DNA of 64,000 nucleotides, taken from the NCBI GenBank assembly GCA_038087875.1, contig CM075990.1:5272001-5336000 (forward strand), read 5' to 3'. Source of the DNA: Malacoraja senta. Its lineage: Eukaryota. Every line of letters begins with the position of its first letter. The first letter of the stretch is position 1. This document shows, one piece after another, positions 62,476 to 64,000 of the stretch. Below the pieces are notes generated by a model, which worked only from the letters and a program-made list of their open reading frames with translations, was not told where the DNA came from and searched no databases. The translations under genes and the position numbers were made by a program.

Positions 62476-62543
62476 TAAATGTGGCACCCTTCCTCCCGAG
62501 AGCTGTCTCTTCAGCTTGATCTGCAATATTGGTTCTTTTATGG
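62476..62543 (+). CDS. TMEM150A: TMEM150A-like coding exon 4 ([22 protein letters not shown]); gene continues beyond window
   Basis: Long pyrimidine tract ending ccctgcag, 68 nt, donor gtaagt. Contains the DRAM/TMEM150 family S-x-C-G-x-x-PPESC-x-FS motif. Confidence 0.95.
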
Positions 62544-64000
62544 GTAAGTCGTGCATTAAAGTACGATGGAATGAAGGGTGAGTGACTGTATCATTTGCTC
62601 AACTTATTTTCCATGTGAAAACAATGTTCCTTCGTTTATTGTGTACAATATGGAACTAACAATCCAAAGTTGGTGATACCTAAAGTGACGCTGCAGTAAG
62701 TGTATCTGTCTCACAGCTCCAGACCCACTTTAATTGTGACCTTCAGTGCTGTCTGCATGAAGTTTGCATATTCTCCAGTTTCCTGCACTTTCCTCCCATA
62801 CCCCAGAAAACAAATTGGAAAATTGTGGTGCAAGGTTTGATCAAATAGCCCTGGGTTTTTTTCTCTTAATTTTATTTCCTAAAATCCAGGGATGAAGATT
62901 GGACTGGGATTATTCCCCTTGGGGCAAAAGTTGAGAGGAGATTTGAAAGAGGCGTACAAGACCAAAACTTGTTGAAACAGGGAAGCTGTTCCACTTGCAG
63001 GCAGTTTACAGCCAGGAGGCACAGCTTTCACTTTTGAGTTAAAGATATATGGGGCTGTCAGGAGGTTTATTTTAAACATAGAGACATTATAATCTGAAAC
63101 TTACTGCCATTGGTAATAGGGAAACAAATCAATCAGCACTTTTGAAAGGCACTTTTCAGGCACTGGGGTGAGCATGGTTACAGGGCAATGCGGAGGCCGG
63201 GTTAGGGGTTAGAATACTGATTATTACGGGTGTCGGGTTATGGGGAGAAGGCAGGAGAATGGGGTTGAGAGGGAAAGAAAGATCAGCCATGATTAAATGG
63301 CTGAGTAGACTCGATGGGCCAAATGGTCTAATTCTGCTCCTATAACATGAATTTATGAGAGACCAATGGATTATGATTCAAGCAATTTCTCTAACAGGAT
63401 CCTCCACAGACTATGAGGTTTTGTGCTGGCACAAAGCTATAATTGTGTGATTTTACAAAATTCATGAGTTAGGGAAAGCTTCTATTCACCATCCTCTGAC
63501 CTCCCCCTCTCTTTGAGGTGACAGTTTGGACCACCAGTAGGTTTACAAGGAGTCTCAAGCCTTTCTATAAAAAAATCTCTGTCACAGATAGGAATTGCTA
63601 AGCAGAAGCTAATGAAAATCCTACCCCTAGAATGTAAATTGTGAGGAGACTGAGTCTAGTTGAATATACATAGGACATGTTTTAGAGATTAGAGATTAGA
63701 GATTCCTTTATTTGTCATTCAGACCTTTCGGTCTGAACGAAATTTCGTTGCCTGCAGTCATACATATAATAATAAATAACAAAACACACAATAAACACAA
63801 ATTAACATCCACCACAGTGAGTTCACCAGGTACCTCCTCACTGTGATGGAGGCAAAAGTCTTAAAGTCTCTGTCTCTTCCCTCCTTGTTCTCCCTCTGCG
63901 CTGAGGTGATCCAGGCTTCTGATGTTGTGACCCCACCGGGTGATGGTAAGTAAGGCAATCCCGCGGCTGAATCCGTGCTCCGTCCGCGACGGGCCGGTTC

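Overview
Vertebrate genomic DNA, almost certainly a cartilaginous fish and probably a skate or ray, judged from its repeats: HE1/V-type tRNA SINEs, CR1 LINE 3' ends, Deu-domain SINE remnants and Penelope-derived hairpins. Most of the ORF track is repeat noise. One real gene is recoverable: a + strand TMEM150A-like (DRAM/TMEM150 family) gene with four phase-consistent coding exons at 21740-21804, 45404-45451, 58638-58721 and 62476-62543. They give [88 protein letters not shown], and the gene continues past the window end. The rest is a dense nest of mobile elements. The most interesting unexplained structures are: (i) abundant short fold-back elements derived from a Penelope 3' end, carrying a hammerhead-ribozyme-like core and showing local DNA capture or transduction; (ii) PIF/Harbinger-like MITEs with shared termini but different interiors and frequently mismatched TWA flanks; (iii) a near-perfect local direct plus inverted duplication. 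Repeat boundaries were read by eye and are approximate.
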